From positions 4,656,739 to 4,720,738 of the forward strand of contig MU058009.1 in NCBI GenBank assembly GCA_013265495.1: a stretch of 64,000 nt of DNA, read 5' to 3'. Under the pieces are notes generated by a model that was not told the origin of the DNA, searched no databases, and saw only the letters and a program-made list of their open reading frames with translations. The translations under genes were made by a program, and so were the position numbers. Positions 1 to 12,761 of this stretch are shown one piece after another. The stretch's first letter is position 1. Each line of letters begins with the position of its first letter. Source of the stretch: Vicugna vicugna (taxonomy: Eukaryota).

Positions 1-317
1 GAAGCTATTTCACACCCCAGTGACTGCTCCTGACAGCCCGTCATGCTGCTCTTCCCCAGCCAGAACGGCTCCTGAGCCTGCTGGGGACCCTCGGAGCCAA
101 TTTAAGACCAGGTGACAGCCCTTGTGGAAAGTGGTCTGTTGGCTTTCAGGGGATTATCCAAGTGCTTTGTGCAATTGCACCTGCCTCTGAGCGACGTCCC
201 CAGCCTCTCACTCCATTCCCTGCCCGGCAGGGTGGCCTGTGGAGTGTCACAGAGCTCACATAGCTCGCATTTTGAGAACGTCGGGTAACAGGCACTGAGT
301 CTCTCCTACGCGTCCGG

Positions 318-366
318 CCGGTGCTGGCCGGGCTGTCCCACCGGTGCTGGCCGGGCTGTCCCACCG
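318..366. repeat. Perfect 23-bp tandem duplication (CCGGTGCTGGCCGGGCTGTCCCA x2 plus partial)
   Basis: Units read directly at 318-340 and 341-363, followed by CCG. Confidence 0.9.
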
Positions 367-1339
367 ACAGCACCTGGTCCGCTCCCCCGGGAGTTCCAAG
401 CACTTTGCGCCAATAACTCGTATTTTTTTTTCATCCTGTTAGCAAATGGGCTGCTGTTAAATGGAGAATAAAGCCCACGTCCCTCCAGCGCCATTACCAA
501 GTCTGATGAGCATCTGATTATCGCCACGATTTCAGTGTTCATCTATTCAGCCTGACAAAGGAGCAGAGTCTGAAGCCGACTCTCCCGTTTGTCCAGAGAC
601 CCACTTCCGCGCTCGCGGCCGGCCTAGGGTGCGATTTCAGAGACGGGGCCGAGGAACTCTGCTCCCCTTGACAGTATTGATGGATTTGAGGGTGTTGATT
701 AAGGGACATGATACAGCGAACTACCCTCCCGGCCACAACCCAGTGCTGGCAGAATCATAAGCTTGCAGGGCACGTGCTTCAGTCAGCTGCCTGTGTAAGG
801 ATTCAATCAGCGTTAATCTGGCACAATGCAGCACCTGCTCCCCGACTGATTTCCAGTGTTCTTCAATCAAAAGCAGCAGAAGAAAAGCAGCCCTTACTGC
901 AGGCAGTGCTGGCAGACCTGAAAATTCAAGACCCTGAGGCTCGACAGGAAGGTCGGGTTTGCCATTCGCTCCCCTTGCCCGAGGCGATGCTCTGGGCGGA
1001 ATCAGCTGTGGTCCGCAAAGGAAGTGGGCGAGGGCCGGGCGTGCCCAGCACCGCAGTCACGCCACAGGAAACGCGCGGTGATTAGGTGCCGGGAATCAAC
1101 ATCCATTGCCACTCGCTTCTTCCTCCGGTGGATCAGCCGTCCCGGGGGCTCGGCCGGTTTCCTCTAAGCTACCGCATGGAGCCCAGAGGACGGCGAGACC
1201 AGGAGGCTGGATTAACCGGGGTCTGAATACGTTGCTCTCTAGTCAGGCTGAGACCCGGAGCCGTGGGACGCCTCACTGGGAAACCAGGAAACCACTCACC
1301 CACGGGAAGTGGCTGCACCGCTCCAGGAGAGAAGCCTCC

Positions 1340-1460
1340 TAAATTTTAAGCTTCCTGAAGGCAACGACTCTAAGCCTCGTTCACAACTTCATCCCGGTGG
1401 TTAGCACGGCTCCTGGCTCGTAACAAGAGCCCCAGGACTCTTTGCTCAGTGAATCGTTAA
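1340..1460 (+). mobile_element. LINE-2 3' end remnant
   Basis: taagcttcctgaaggca...ttagcacggctcctggctcgtaacaagagc...tttgctcagtgaat resembles the L2 3' terminus; recognised from memory of the consensus. Confidence 0.55.
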
Positions 1461-4049
1461 GCAGAGCGGACACCACCACCACTTACGTGCAGAACGCCTT
1501 TTCCCACTCAGGTTATTTATTTTTTTCATGAAACAAAAATGCCCTTTGACTATTGTATTAAAATTTATTATGAATCAACTTTTTCCATTGACTTTAAAGG
1601 TCCCCCAAAATGGAAATAACATTTCTTTTCCTTACAGCAGATACTTACTAACAAGGGAAACTGTGCCTTATCATTCAAACCCTTAGCTTGATAGGACAAT
1701 TCACAGTAGTTGATTTGAGATAGAAAATCTGTGACTCCTTCAAGCGGTAGAGAAGTTGGGGTCCCTGGAGAACGTGTCCTCAGTTCCCAGCTTTTTGCCC
1801 AGAGGATTATCTTACAGCAGGTTGAATTCGTGCCTAATTATCTTCCAAACAGCTGGCCTACTGGATAAACCCTACCCTCACGCAGGGTACAAGGGAACGC
1901 GAGGGTGATGAGACTTTGATTCCAGGCGGGGCTGACGAGGGGAGCGAGTGGGATCCAGTGTGGAAACTCAACGGCGGACGGAGACAGCTTAGCAGTTACC
2001 TCACGGGATCCCTCGGCAGGACCGAACCAGCACAACTGACTGTCAGCATTCTGCAACCAGTTCTGACAAAGCTCTACCTCCATCTGATTACTTACTTTGC
2101 TTCAGGGAACACCCAATCAGTTCTACTGGGGCCCTAAATGATTAAAATATACTGTGAAAAGAAAAAAAACCACACTTGATTTCATCAGAAACAAGCAGCT
2201 GACACAGTTAGTGCCTCGACATCCTGTGGGCAGAAGTAACAACCTCTTTCTGACGAAGACTTCTCCCACAAGGAGATCGGCTGAAAGACGGTGCAGCCGA
2301 GCGTCGCAGGAAGTGATCCGAAGCCTCCTTGCCAGACGAGGTATCTGTGAATTAACCTGGGTAAGCAATCAATCTCAGATTATAATTGCCAATTTGAGAA
2401 AATTTCACCAAGAATTAAGCGAAATCAAATAACCCATCTGCGGAAGTGGAGTGGTGACAGGCCACCACCTCTCGCTATGGTTTCCTATAATTTGTTTTTA
2501 TTTTCCTTCAGAAATGGAGATTGCAGTCCCTTCTACCAGGAGAGGAGTCATGAGTGGTCAGCAGCAGCGAGAGCTGGGCATCCCTGAGGCCGAGCCGCCG
2601 AGTGATTTGTTTTCAGCACGAAAACAGGAGTTATGTGTGTCTGGCTGGAAATGGTTGTGACCCAAGAATAAGAACCTTAGGGTCAAACTCGATGACCCAC
2701 GTGATTCAGGGTCCTAGCTGACCACGTCGCGTCAGTTATGTGATGACTGCAGGGAGGATGCGGAGCCTGAGGTTTGCTGGGTCCCCGGAGCTCTCAGAGC
2801 CCTGCCCCACGGAACGCTGGACCTCTGTGACATCATTTACACTCCCTGGAGCTCAGCTTCCCTGCACTACAGGACAAGGAGCCCTCTGTGATCTAAGACC
2901 GATACCTCCTTCAGTCAAAGTTGAGTGAGTGCCTGCTCTATGCCGGCTGCTGTGCTTAGTAAAGAAGACGTAAAAATAGGCAGCCCCTGTGTGCTAGATG
3001 CTGGCAGTTGCTTCCTCACCTCGCTTTCCCCTCCTTCCTTGCTCAGCGCATCCCGGTCTTGCCTGAGGTGGTGGCAGCGTGCCTACTGGAGGACTTGCTT
3101 CCAAGATTTTCTTGCAGCCATAGATGACCGCATAACTCAGCTCTGTCTAATGAGAGGTAGACAGAAGTCGGCCAAGGGAAGAGGGCATTTCTGCAGCCTC
3201 TACCCGAATTTCGTATGAATTTTTACTTTCCAGACAGCTGCTACCACTCCCCCGCTTTCTTCCTTGATTTTGCTGTTTCAGAGTGAAGATAAAGGTTGAA
3301 TGTGGAGCAGGCGTCTCGAGGGCCAGGAAATGACAAGACCTAGAATAAAACTGTAGACTCTAGGTGGAAAATGGGGTGATATCTGGGACACTGATGGCAT
3401 CAAAAAGGCTCTGCCAGCTCCACAAAGCAACCTTCAGAAATTTTGCTGAGAAAAATCAGCTCCCGTCAGGTTCAGCCATAGGATCTGGACTTTGTTACTT
3501 GCAGCCAAATCCAGCCTCAACGGATGCAGTGGGTCCATGACCTGAGCTGCTTAGGGAGTGACAGACACATGAATCGGTCAAAGTGATACACAGCGAACAT
3601 TAGGGAAAACGCTGAGAAAAAGCGAGACTGAGAGAGGTCACAGCAGGTGCTTCGTGGTCCATGAACGATGACACTGGGTCCGGGGATGGAAAAGGGGGCG
3701 AGGAGTGGGTGTGTTCTCAGCAGAATCAGAGACACAGAGCAAGAGTAAGTCCTGTGAATGCGTGCAGTTCCAGGTGGCCCGCGGATGACGAGGCCGGGGA
3801 GAGGAGGGGGTGCGGGGGCGCGAGTGTCAGAGCGTGTACCACACAGTGAGTGTGGGCTTTAATTTGAAGGCGATAGTGAGATGCAGAGCGGTTTCCAAGA
3901 GCGGCTGAGCAACCCCGTTAGTCGAATCTAGGCGTAGGCGATGCCCAGGAAAAGGACGTGTCAGATCCAGAGTGCAGCTATTCAATGATGCACGGAACGC
4001 AGGGCATCTGTCTCTCAGACAAGCTACGGAAACTTGAACTAGGAGCTCC

Positions 4050-6552
4050 TGGATCAAGGTGAGCTCACTCGGCGTGGGCGCGGGTTACCTCTCCTTCTTC
4101 CTGCTCCATTAAAATTAGAGTGATAATGAAGGAAAAAATGAAAGCAATTGTCCTGCAGCGTCAGAGAGAACAGGAGAGGGAAGGGCATCCCAGGAATGTC
4201 AGCAGGGCCCCGGGCGCGGGGAGGAGGGTGCGCACCAGAGTAGAGGCCACATGTTAGGAGGGCTTCCCTGAAGCGAGCTTGTTGAGCAGAATCCCAGAGC
4301 GGTGGTTTGGGACTGAAGGCAGAGGTGTGGAGGGCAGGGAGGAGAAGTGGGGCTGAAAACAGAGAAAGGGCATTTTCATCCACAAAGCAGCTGTGCTGAT
4401 CGGTTCCTGAGCCTTTCCTTTCCCTCCCTGTGCACACGGAACGCAAGCAGTATTCCAGGCAAAGGCAACAAATAGTTCCTCCCTAAAAAACTGCACAAGC
4501 TGCCAGGGAGCTTGCCCTATCCTGGCGCGTGGGAGCTCCGACAGTACGGGCCGCCTCCACATCCGTCCTAACAGGTGTGTGACCTGCCTGAAAATGAGCT
4601 TAACCACATGCAGCCCCTGGAACTTCGGATTTCGTGGAGAAAGCTAAGGGGAAAGAGACCTCCATTTGCAGTAGCAGAGAAAACCCACCCTGGTCACACC
4701 GCAGCGTCAATCCAGTTCCTCATAAGCATGTGTGTGTCATGAAGTCCACGTGACAATTACCAAAAGAAAGTCAGTCACATTAAAGACAACAGCCACAAAT
4801 GCCAAGATAAACACAGAGAACTGGCTTCAGGGGAAAAAAAGAAAACAGGGAACAAAAGAGAAAATATGTTTTTAAGTACCTCCAGTTTGTAATCTCAGAG
4901 ATGTAAGATTTAAGATATGATACTAATAAAACAAGGCACTGTGAAAAAGCAATAATCAGGAACAAATAACAAGCCCATGGAAATTAAAATATTATTGCTG
5001 CATTGAAATGAAGTTAGTAAGGTATGAAATAAAGTGGAGAAAATCTTTCAGAACACACAGCGATAAAGAAAAAAGTGTGTGTGGGGAGGCAGTACCGCGA
5101 GCGGTTAGGAGAACAGACGGGATTCTGCCCACACTTGATGCTGGGACCTAGAATGTTCTCCGTATGCCTTGTGCCTCGAAGGTCTTATCTTTGAATTAAG
5201 CTTGTAAAGACTAGTGAGTTAATGTAAGTGGTTTGGTTAGAATACTTGCTGTTACTTAGGGAATCCTATCGAATTTTCACACTCGCGCAAACACACACAC
5301 ACAGTCAGTCCACGCAGGAAGCTGATAAGAACATTCCAAATGGCCAGACTGTCAGACTGAAGCCATCGACCCACGAAGTTGCAGAATTAAACAAGGAGAA
5401 AGGAGAGAAGAGGAAATTATTGAAGAAATAAGGGAAGAAATTTTTTTCAAAAAATTAATTGGCTACCTACCCAGCAGAGTGGGTAACACTGACTTGGACA
5501 CATCACGTGAGCGAGAGATCAAGACTAAAACCATATCCCGAAGCCATCTGAAAAAATAAATACATTCGCCTGCTCGAGGGTACAGATCCTCTACAAGAGC
5601 TCAACCTTCAGCTTACAGCAGGTTTCTTACTCTGAATCCCGGACGAAAGAAGCTAAATATGTCAGAATGACTTCAGCAACTATGCAACGAGAGGGGGGTA
5701 AAAATCAGAGGTGCATTCAAGGACCCAGGAAACTTAATCCACATGTCTACTTCCTGAGAAAGCTACCTGAGCATGTACTAAAGCCAAATTAGGGTTAAGA
5801 TAAAGAAAGTCTACCTAGAACTAAGTACAATTGAAAATTAAGCAGAAGGATAACGTGGGATGAAAGAAATGGTGAAATTAAACTAGGAACTAATGGAAGT
5901 AAGTCCTAAATTAACCGCGGCACGACAGGCTCGGAAAGCAAGTGGTCCAGGTAAGAGCAGACGCCGGTGGGCCTCCCAGGTGTCTCTAGGAAGAGTAGGT
6001 GGGCTTCAGCCTTTGAATGGGCTACGCAGATAAACGGAAGGCATCCAGGATGTGCTGAAAATGCACATACTTATTCTATTAGAAAGAAAAGGATCATTTA
6101 GAAACTCTAAAACACACAGACGAGATTGAAAAGGTAAGGTTCAAATACGGAGCAGAGAGGAACGTGGAATGAAGTTAGCAGTTGACCACAAGTAGGGAAA
6201 GACAGTCCACTTGACCATTTGATAAGAACACTCCAAGTGGCCAGAGGATGTCACGCTGAAGCCATCGAGAGGGAAAGTCGCTGCCTACACCGTCTACAAA
6301 ACTAAGTCAGAATTCTTTATTGGCTTGAACTCTTTAGAATCAACTTAGAGACCAAACACATAAAGTGAAATTCGTTACAAACCGGAAGGCAAAGTCAGTG
6401 AGGTTAATGTTCACCGACGGAGGCTGGGAGCTGGCGAGGGAAGGGTGGCCAAGGGCTGCCCTGGTGCCCGCAGCTCTGTCTTCCGAGCGGGGAGGAGGAA
6501 GACCACTTATTTGACTGTGTGCATGTATTGCATTGATAAAAAAGAAAAAAAA
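4050..6552 (+). mobile_element. HAL1 (Half-L1) element, probably near full length and heavily decayed
   Basis: Purine/A-rich ORF1-like body. The segment ttcaaggacccaggaaacttaatccacatgtctacttcctgagaaagctacctgagcatgtact (~5717-5780) and the 3' end tttgactgtgtgcatgtattgcattgataaaaagaaaaaaaaa (~6509-6552) resemble HAL1. No ORF2-like sequence lies between them. The 5' boundary is uncertain. Confidence 0.55.
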
Positions 6553-9394
6553 ATGTTGAGCATGTTGTGCAAATCTTGTTAGCGTCAATCAGCTGCCCCA
6601 TACACGCCCAGAACAAGAGCTGAGGGAAAGCCAGTGAAGGACAGCAGAGCCCCAGGGCCCTCAGCCCCCGGCCTCCCCGGCACAGTGCCCCTTCGCGAGC
6701 TTCAGAGTGTCTTCTTCAAGCCTCTTCCTGGCCTTCCCCTTAGGCGTGCAGAGCGACGCCTCCCGAAGGCACGGAGGGAAGCAGTGCTGAGGGGCAGCGC
6801 TTCAGCTCTCAGACGAAGAGGGAACAGGTGGGAGCTGCAACACAGCAAGACTCCGCTGTGCCAACCCCTGCTCCACGCCCTCGGAGCCCCCACTTTAATT
6901 CAGCAGGGCCTTCACGCCCCCTCTCTCTCAGGGGCCTCTGAATAAAGTGTGTAGATTTGGGGTGCCGACCCTGGTAGACCGGCAGTGTGTCCATGCACCT
7001 GAATGAGGTCATCTAATTAGGGGTTTATTTGTTTGAGTTGTACATGAATATACCAAATTACATGATCAGATCATAGTCCTGCTTCTGATTTATTCCTTCT
7101 TTGTTCTTCAAGGCTTCGTACATCTAAGCAATTAACCTCTCAAAGAGCTGGAGAACACATAATTATCCTCATTTGTCTAAACGTCGCCAAGATGGCTGCC
7201 TTTCAATTAACCTTCTGGGGATGGAAGAAAGTTGGAGTGATATAGTGATCATTTTTAACCTTCCTGGATGCTTTTTTTTAATGTAATTTAATTGAAATAG
7301 CCAAATGATAAAATAGTCAGATACTGTTTCCACAGGTAAAAGGATCAAGGGGTTTTGAGGGAGAGATGAGAGGGAAGTAGACAAAGCTAATGGAGTGGAT
7401 GATGCACTGTCCGAGCGAGAACCTGGGCTCAGCGGCACATGGCACTGCACGAACGCTCTTCAGGGCCAGGGCCCGCTGGAGCACCAGGAGCCGGCGGCCG
7501 CAGACCCGTGCGCTCCAGCCTCCCCTCAGCTCCAGCAGACACTGGGGCATCCGGGAGTGAATGCTCAGGACAGAGTTGGGAAGGAGGAAGACTTAGCAAA
7601 GAGCCGGTTTCTGCCAGCATTCTTCTCCGCGCCGCAGGGATGGGTCTCCTACGGCACGTGTCAGCTGTTCACGATGCACCAAATGATACCTCCCTGGTCT
7701 CCCCACACCGGCAAGACTGCCTGTAGAGCCGCCTTCTTACATTATTTAGGGATGTGGCTGAGACATGGTTTCCACCAACCTGCAGAGTTATTTAACTAAG
7801 GGAGACCGGTTGCCCCAACACAACCACCTGCAACACACCTTACAGGCCTTTCCCTTGGTGTGTGCTGCGCGTGCCTCTCTCAGTTCTGATACATGCACGC
7901 ACACGGCATGCGGACGGCTGACGACGCAGACTGTGTTCAGTCCTGGGCAGCACTTCTCACCAGCGCTCTTTCTAGGGACCGTGTTTCAGAAGGAACCATA
8001 AAGGGGCAGGAGATGTCCCTGAAGCTGAGGACTCAGCTTGGGGTGGGTGTGAGCTCTCTTCAAACAGAAGACAGGAAAGAAGACGCAGTCGGAGGCAATG
8101 GGGGAGAGCAGCAGGTAGCGCTTCCAGGATGACGGAAGCCGCGTACTAACGCGTGGCCAGCGTGGACCTGCGGAGGTGCGCCGTGACGAAACGTGTCTCA
8201 TACTTTGCAGCACGACTATGTATGGTGTGCTCCTGCCACAGAACACATTTAAGTGAACATTTGTGCAAAAAGCACTGGGAAACCGATTTCTATGCTGCAC
8301 GGGGAGACCGAAGAACTTCTCTCATTCCTCCTGACTCTTAAGTTAGAATTCTGTGACCTCCAATCCTCACAGTCACAAGGCTAATGATTTCACCCAGAGA
8401 CATCAGCGTTTTCTGGGTTTTTTTTTCCCAAACATGCCATCTTTCTTCCCTTTGTAATTCAAAATTCCTTAAATATAGTGGGAGTACCCTATTTGCATGA
8501 GTCCATGAAAAATACGGGAAAAAAAAAACCTCTTGAAATCAATCACATGTCCATGTGTGCAGATCTCTCTATTTAGGATGTAATTTGGAGGCGAAAACAA
8601 TCATTATTATTTCCTTACACTCAGCTATGACTGAAGGGCAAAGTGAACAATTAACCTAAACACTGAAGATCAGACACAGTAGGGAACAGACGTGAAACCC
8701 ACCTGGATGTCTCTGACTCTGCCGGTGTCACTGGGGTACACGTGATCTACTCAGATCTTACCAACAGAAAGGGTCAGGGAGGGTGATGCAATTTTTGCTC
8801 CTCGGGAAACACTGAAAGCTCAGTAACTGGAAGATGGCGTGAAACTAGGAAATAGTGAATCAAAAAAGGGCAGCTCCAGATAGCTCTAAAAATTAAACAC
8901 AAAAATAACACCTTTTCTTTGCACAAACAATATGGCCACCAGTATTACAAGCTATGAAAACAGAGTGAGGAAAGCTTAACACTTTCACACCATGGTTTCC
9001 TGTTTTCCAAATTCCTCTCACTTCATATGGAGCATATTTAAATGGAACGGCCATCTGTCCCTTGACTCGAGTTCCTTATTTTTAGCCTGGTGGGTCATAT
9101 AGCTTCACTTTCCTCCAAATAAGAAAGGCAGGTATTTAAGAAGCATAAAGGGACCCTCACCAGTTGTCACTTCCCTTCCCCGAATATTCTGACAAGCTGT
9201 GCTCTGACCTCCCGCAGTGTTATTCATCAACAGCACATGGCGAATAACCCGGTGTCTCCACCTGCAGGTGTGGAACACCTTTCCCTGCTTTTCACTCATC
9301 TGATGAAAGCAGGTCGGCATCCAGCCTGCTTTGTGACAAAAGATGAAGCCTTTCAAGCAGGCATTGTTTTTTTTTTTCACGTCCTTGAAAAATA

Positions 9395-10050
9395 ACGCAA
9401 CTTTTTATCTTAAAATAATTTTAGATTCATAGACAAGTTGCAAAGGATAATACAGAGAGCCCCTGTCAACTCTTCACTTAACATCTTAGGCAACCATGGC
9501 ACCACAGTCAAAACCAAGGCATAGCATTGGCACCACGCTATTAACACCTACAGACTGTACTCACGTTTCCCCGGGTTTCCCACTGATGCCCAGGACTGCA
9601 CGCACCACCCACACTGCATTTGGTAGCCCTGTCTTCTAAGTCTCTGCTAATCCGTAATGGTGTCTTGATCTTTCCTTGTCTTCCATGACTTCGGGCAGTA
9701 GCAGCCCGGTATTTTGTAGAATGTCCATGAGTGTGGGTTTGCCTGCCATCTCCTCACAATTAGACCCAGGAAGGACACCGTAGAGCTGATGATCCTTTTC
9801 ACCGCGTTGTATCCGGGGGAACATGAAATCCACGTGAAGTTACTTGCGATGTCAACGTTGGTCACTTGGTAAGGCGGTAGGTGCCAGGCCTCTCCACTGT
9901 AAAGTTACCGTGTCTCCCTTTCCACACTCTATTCATTAGAAAGATAGTCACCAGGACCAGCCTGCACTCAAAGGGAGGGGCCGTGAGCTCCACTTCTGGG
10001 AGAGAGAAATAGCAAAGAGCCTGCAATTTGCTGAAACCAGCATGGTGGTT
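9395..10050 (-). mobile_element. L1MC4/L1MC5-like LINE-1 3' UTR fragment
   Basis: caactttttatcttaaaataattttagattcatagacaagttgcaaa and ggtattttgtagaatgtccatgagtgtgggtttgcctg match the antisense 3' end of old L1MC elements. Confidence 0.7.
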
Positions 10051-10619
10051 CCCCGTACACACCGGGAAAAGATACACAAAGGCTGTGCAGATACCCTGTA
10101 GCTCCTGCAAGCTCTGCCCACTGTTTTGGGGTTTCATTAGTGGACCTTGGCTCAAGCAGGCATTATTTTTAACACAAATTTACTTTAATGGGATACACAG
10201 ACACTTTTAAAATAAATTATCATATAAAATGAGGTCAGTGAAGAAACAAATGCTTACTGTTTACTGACTAAATATCTGTAGCAGAACCAGTGATCTCACA
10301 GGGTTCCCCACGTACAGCCCAGGATGTCATGAGCAGATCGCCGTGGTCCTCTAACTCTGATGTGCACTGGTGTCACACAGGGAGCTTATTAAACACATGG
10401 AGACCTGGGCTGCAAATTTTTTTGCTGAACGTGTAGTTGGAACATATTTAGGCGGACTAGAATCTGATGTAAAAGCCAACGGTGAGAAAGAGTTACTTAT
10501 TAGAGAGTCCCTTTTTTTCCAATTAAAATTAATCAATGAGCGAATATAAAATAGTGTAGTAGCTATAGTATAGGGTTTATGATGTTTATTTGCATACAAA
10601 CTTCCTGAAGGTAGGAGAT

Positions 10620-11000
10620 GTCTTGCACTCAAATAATCAACATGCAAAATGCCCAGACTGCGCTCGGTGCAGAAACATACATTATAGAGGAGATATGGGG
10701 ATGGCGAACACTTGGCTCTACCCAAAGTTGCTCACAGTCTGGTTGGCAAGATAAAACAGCTCATTAACTGCTGAATAGTTGTCAAATGGTCAATGTTGGG
10801 CTGACTTTAAAAGTAATTGAAGAATCAGGAAAGGAGAGATAAGAGGCAGCTTCATGAAGGACACACAGCTGAAGATGGACTTTAAACGTGGTAGAGGGTG
10901 CGGGCGGTGAACGTGGAAGAGGAATGAAGAGCCTGAGCTAAAGGGTCAAGGCGTGTTCAGCACCAGGGACAGAGACACGGGCGGCTGAGTGAGACTTGCT
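10620..11000 (-). mobile_element. LINE-2 remnant
   Basis: ttgctcacagtctggttgg...gcagcttcatgaaggacacacagctgaagatggactttaaa...gcctgagctaaagg is typical antisense L2 3' region. Confidence 0.5.
10956..10976 (+). promoter_or_regulatory. Candidate RE1/NRSE (REST binding site)
   Basis: TTCAGCACC-AG-GGACAG-AGAC versus canonical TTCAGCACC-NN-GGACAG-MGCC: both half-site cores are intact with the canonical 2-nt spacer. Confidence 0.6.
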
Positions 11001-12483
11001 TGGGAGGACGCGGAAAGCCAGATGACAAAATCTGAACTTGACGTGGATCAAACAAGAGAGCATCAAAGGGACAGGCTGGTGACAAGGGTGCTTTCGGAAA
11101 GCCAGTCCATCCTTTACTGCCCTTATCTCTCCACAAACCCTGCAATGTTCCTCTGCAGATAAGGACCCTCAATTAATATTGACGATGAACTTACATGAAG
11201 ATTCAGAATGATCTCTGCAAACGGAATAAATGGGAAGAATCCAAAAGAATGACATTCAAAGAGAACAGATACAAGTGAGCTCCGTTCAAGGATAGATAAA
11301 TTGCCCCCAGCGTATAATGGGGATTGAGCCTTGCACGTGAGTATGAGAAAGGGTTCTAGGACTTGACACAAAGGTACAACTCAATTCAAAATGATTAACT
11401 TGATTCTGATTCACACGTTCGTCCCTAGAACTAGATATAATGTTCATGTTACCTTTTACAGGAAATTTAGGCTCCAGGAATATCAGCAACTCCAGGAAAG
11501 CAGAGCTAACAATTAATTGGTAGAGACAGGTCTGTTGAGGCCATGTCCAGTGGGAACCACTGAACCACGCAGCACCACTGTGTGTGGGGTGTGTGTATGT
11601 TGTGTGTGCGTGTGAGAGAGAGAGATGATGTATGAATAGATGTGAATGTGTACACCACACACGTCGTTTATACACGTCCACAAGCAAAGAGATCTTCCCT
11701 TAAAACAACAAAATACACATACAATAATGGTTCACATAAGTTGTAGCTTAAAGAACAAATATTCAACCAACATACCAACAACAGTCTACCTTGAATACAC
11801 GAGATCCCCCGACTCTCACGGGTCGCAAGCCTATTTGAAAAAATCCAGGAGAATTATGTTGACTGTATTGTAACTACCCTGAATATTCCCTCACTCTGAA
11901 TGCCCTCGACCCGTAAGGCGGTGGCAGGTGACTATTCCTGGAGAGGAGGAAGGGGCTGCTAGGGCGGCCATAGCTCACAGAAATGCACCACGGAAAGTGA
12001 GATGGGATGTTGTTTGCAATTGATTTTGCGGAGGCGAATGGGAGGATGGTTCTAATTAGCGGAACTGCAGACGACTCAGGACTTCAGGCTGGTTTTCTCA
12101 AAACCCATAAAACGTTCCACAGGTGTCGCCTCCTCCCAGCAAGTGGTCGGCACGCGCCCGCCCATCTCCAGGGAGAGGATGCAGGTCGCCACTGAGTGAA
12201 GCTCTCCTTTGGCGGGTGAGCTGGATTGTCTAATAAATATGTATCATTTCCAGCAGAAGGTACTGGGTCAGACTCCCAGCCCGAGAACACGGGATTCAGG
12301 AGCCACCGCGCCAGCTGCCCTTGCCGGCTCCACGCCGCGTGTCAATAAATGTCTGAGGTTCATCACATTTCAGTCCTGACAAGCGTGGCCTTCCAGTTCA
12401 TCTCCGAGCCGCCGCTCCCCACTCAGCATGAAATCGGGCCCCCCAAAAAGCAATTTCGGCTCCTGCTTCTTGCAGGCCTCCCA

Positions 12484-12761
12484 GTTTTGATGTGGAGCTC
12501 AGGCACTGGGCAGCCTGGCGGTCCGGGAATGAGAAGACAGATGACATGCAGTTTACCAAAGGAAAAAAAAAAGTCTAAAATACAATTTTAAATCCTACTG
12601 CCCAAGTCAGCTCAAAGCACACGTCTCTTCATTACTGGCATAGGGCACACAGGTCTGTCTCTCCAAGTGCAGCCTTTGAACAGCCCACCCCTGTGTCCCA
12701 GGCCGGGGCCCACACATGCGCCGAACACCCCAGCCTGTTCCCTTTACACCGGCCTGCGCTT
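12484..12761 (+). repeat. Local direct duplication, copy 1 (~275 bp)
   Basis: Aligns by eye end to end with 13750-14028; for example cccaagtcagctcaaagc and gtctgtctctccaagtgcagccttt occur in both. Confidence 0.9.

Noticed and set aside
329..352. RE1-like CAGCACC-N4-GGACAG on the minus strand at the tandem-repeat junction
   Set aside because: Spacer is not the canonical 2 nt and the left half-site lacks TT.
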